In this document: positions 63,161 to 64,000 of the stretch, piece after piece
How the letters are laid out: each line of letters begins with the position of its first letter
Numbering within the stretch: position 1 is the first letter of the stretch
Assembly: GCA_023489235.1 (NCBI GenBank)
Contig: JAMDDE010000076.1
Coordinates: 45,022 to 109,021 of the forward strand
Direction: 5' to 3'
Length of the DNA stretch: 64,000 nucleotides
From: Actinomycetota bacterium
GTDB lineage: Bacteria; Actinomycetota; Acidimicrobiia; Acidimicrobiales; JAMDDE01
Position numbers and translations under genes: made by a program
Notes under the pieces: generated by a model
The model's input: only the letters and a program-made list of their open reading frames with translations
Databases searched by the model: none
Told to the model about the DNA's origin: nothing

Positions 63161-64000
63161 GTGACCAACTGGTCTAGTTCTGGGAAACTGGTGGATGATT
63201 GGGCTTGTTTTTGCTTGCTTGATGAGACTTCTCCCACCAAGGCCCGGTTCTGGGCGCTACTCAGAGCTCTGGCCTTTCGGCACTGCACCTTTTGGTATGC
63301 CTCCCGCTGGTCTTTTGACCAACGTTTGACAGCCCGGAGATACGTGACACGGATTTTGACATCCGATCCTATTGGGACATAACTCCCATGTATTGCCTTC
63401 TGGAGAGTGTTGATGGCTCCTACGGCATCTCGATGACAAACAAAGCCACAATCTTGGTTTGTGCATCGGTAGTACCGACCATTTGGTCGGTTGCGTGCTC
63501 CACACGCTGGATGGGTCTTTGTTGAGCCAGATTCGTCTAGGTGTTCTCCTTCTATTCCTGTTTTCTCGTCTACGTATTGTTCCTGACGACCTCTTGACCA
63601 CTGTGAGAGGTTCTGGCGTAGATGACGATTGGCTGAACGGCGTTGTTTGGTTCTTTGTTCAATCCCCCGCACATCTTCATAGACAAGACGACCACTGTTG
63701 TGGGCAATGACATGGTTGGCTGCCTTATGTGCAACTTGATGGTCGAAGTCTTTGAGTCTGTAGTTGGCCTTAGCTTGGATCTTCTTCTTTGAAGCCACTA
63801 ACTTGCGATGATGCCGGGAACCGTTCTTTGTTCTGGAGATCTTTTGTTGGATAGATGCGACTGACTTGTTTCGCAGACGCTTAATGGCCCTTCCTTCTTT
63901 ACCGTTAATGATCGTCACATCGATATTGTGCTCGTCTACCCAAGTAGCAAGTGCCATCGGGTTGATGATTCCCTCGTCAACAGCGGTCACGTTTTCACCA
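63151..64000 (-). CDS. tnpB: IS200/IS605-family TnpB (RNA-guided endonuclease), C-terminal ~280 aa; the gene continues beyond the right edge
   Basis: RuvC-like AVDEGIINP, LVYEDVRGI and CHRDAVGAINTL. The zinc finger is HPACGARNRPNGRYYRCTNQDCGFVC. The reading frame is open up to position 64000. Confidence 0.82.
   Translation of the reverse strand, partial: GENVTAVDEGIINPMALATWVDEHNIDVTIINGKEGRAIKRLRNKSVASIQQKISRTKNGSRHHRKLVASKKKIQAKANYRLKDFDHQVAHKAANHVIAHNSGRLVYEDVRGIEQRTKQRRSANRHLRQNLSQWSRGRQEQYVDEKTGIEGEHLDESGSTKTHPACGARNRPNGRYYRCTNQDCGFVCHRDAVGAINTLQKAIHGSYVPIGSDVKIRVTYLRAVKRWSKDQREAYQKVQCRKARALSSAQNRALVGEVSSSKQKQAQSSTSFPELDQLVTVA

Larger units (their letters stand above)
63040..64000 (-). 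mobile_element. Partial IS200/IS605-family element (right end plus tnpB); the left part lies outside the window
   Basis: tnpB plus a structured 3' flank. No tnpA is visible in the window. The end position near 63040 is approximate. Confidence 0.6.

Overview
Gene-dense chromosomal window of about 60 CDS, apparently from a moderate-GC actinobacterium. That placement is inference from gene content only: an Mca-type mycothiol amidase, a full mycofactocin system, a PPOX/F420-type protein and many 1-8 nt start/stop overlaps (possibly Acidimicrobiia-like).

Left to right:
1. A minus-strand late cobalamin operon (cobU-cobS-cbiB-cobD-cobQ-cobN plus a ChlI-like chelatase ATPase running off the left edge), preceded by a clear cobalamin riboswitch.
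2. A roughly 17 kb mycofactocin island. The minus arm carries mftF, an NDMA-type Zn-ADH, a mycofactocin-type SDR and mftE. The plus arm carries a MoxR-VWA fusion ATPase, then a tightly coupled operon: mftB-mftA-mftC, two FadH/OYE flavoenzymes, etfA-fixC-fixX-etfB.
3. cobO and cobB/cbiA directly downstream. These are followed by a convergent 5-formyl-THF cyclo-ligase with a structured non-coding region upstream, which is a candidate 6S RNA.
4. A dynamin-like GTPase, a second NDMA-type ADH, mca, and a PspA-PspAA-HtpX-PspAB module.
5. csoR-copA-copZ with a recognisable CsoR operator.
6. Biotin genes (bioD, bioA, bioF) interrupted by a nitronate monooxygenase and an archaeal-type riboflavin synthase.
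7. A sugar kinase, a MerR regulator, a dienelactone hydrolase and a Dabb protein.
8. A two-component system, an MFS transporter, an RND efflux pair, a lipoprotein, and a secreted Ig-like/propeller-repeat protein containing perfect 126-bp tandem repeats.
9. trpB2, rdgB, rph, an MBL hydrolase and a PPOX-family protein.
10. A partial TnpB element at the right edge.

I found no rRNA, tRNA or CRISPR array. The most interesting signal is the mycofactocin operon that lacks mftD and mftR in this window but is translationally fused to a complete OYE/ETF/FixCX flavoprotein chain. All product calls rest on motifs I recognise by eye in the translations; no database search was run.
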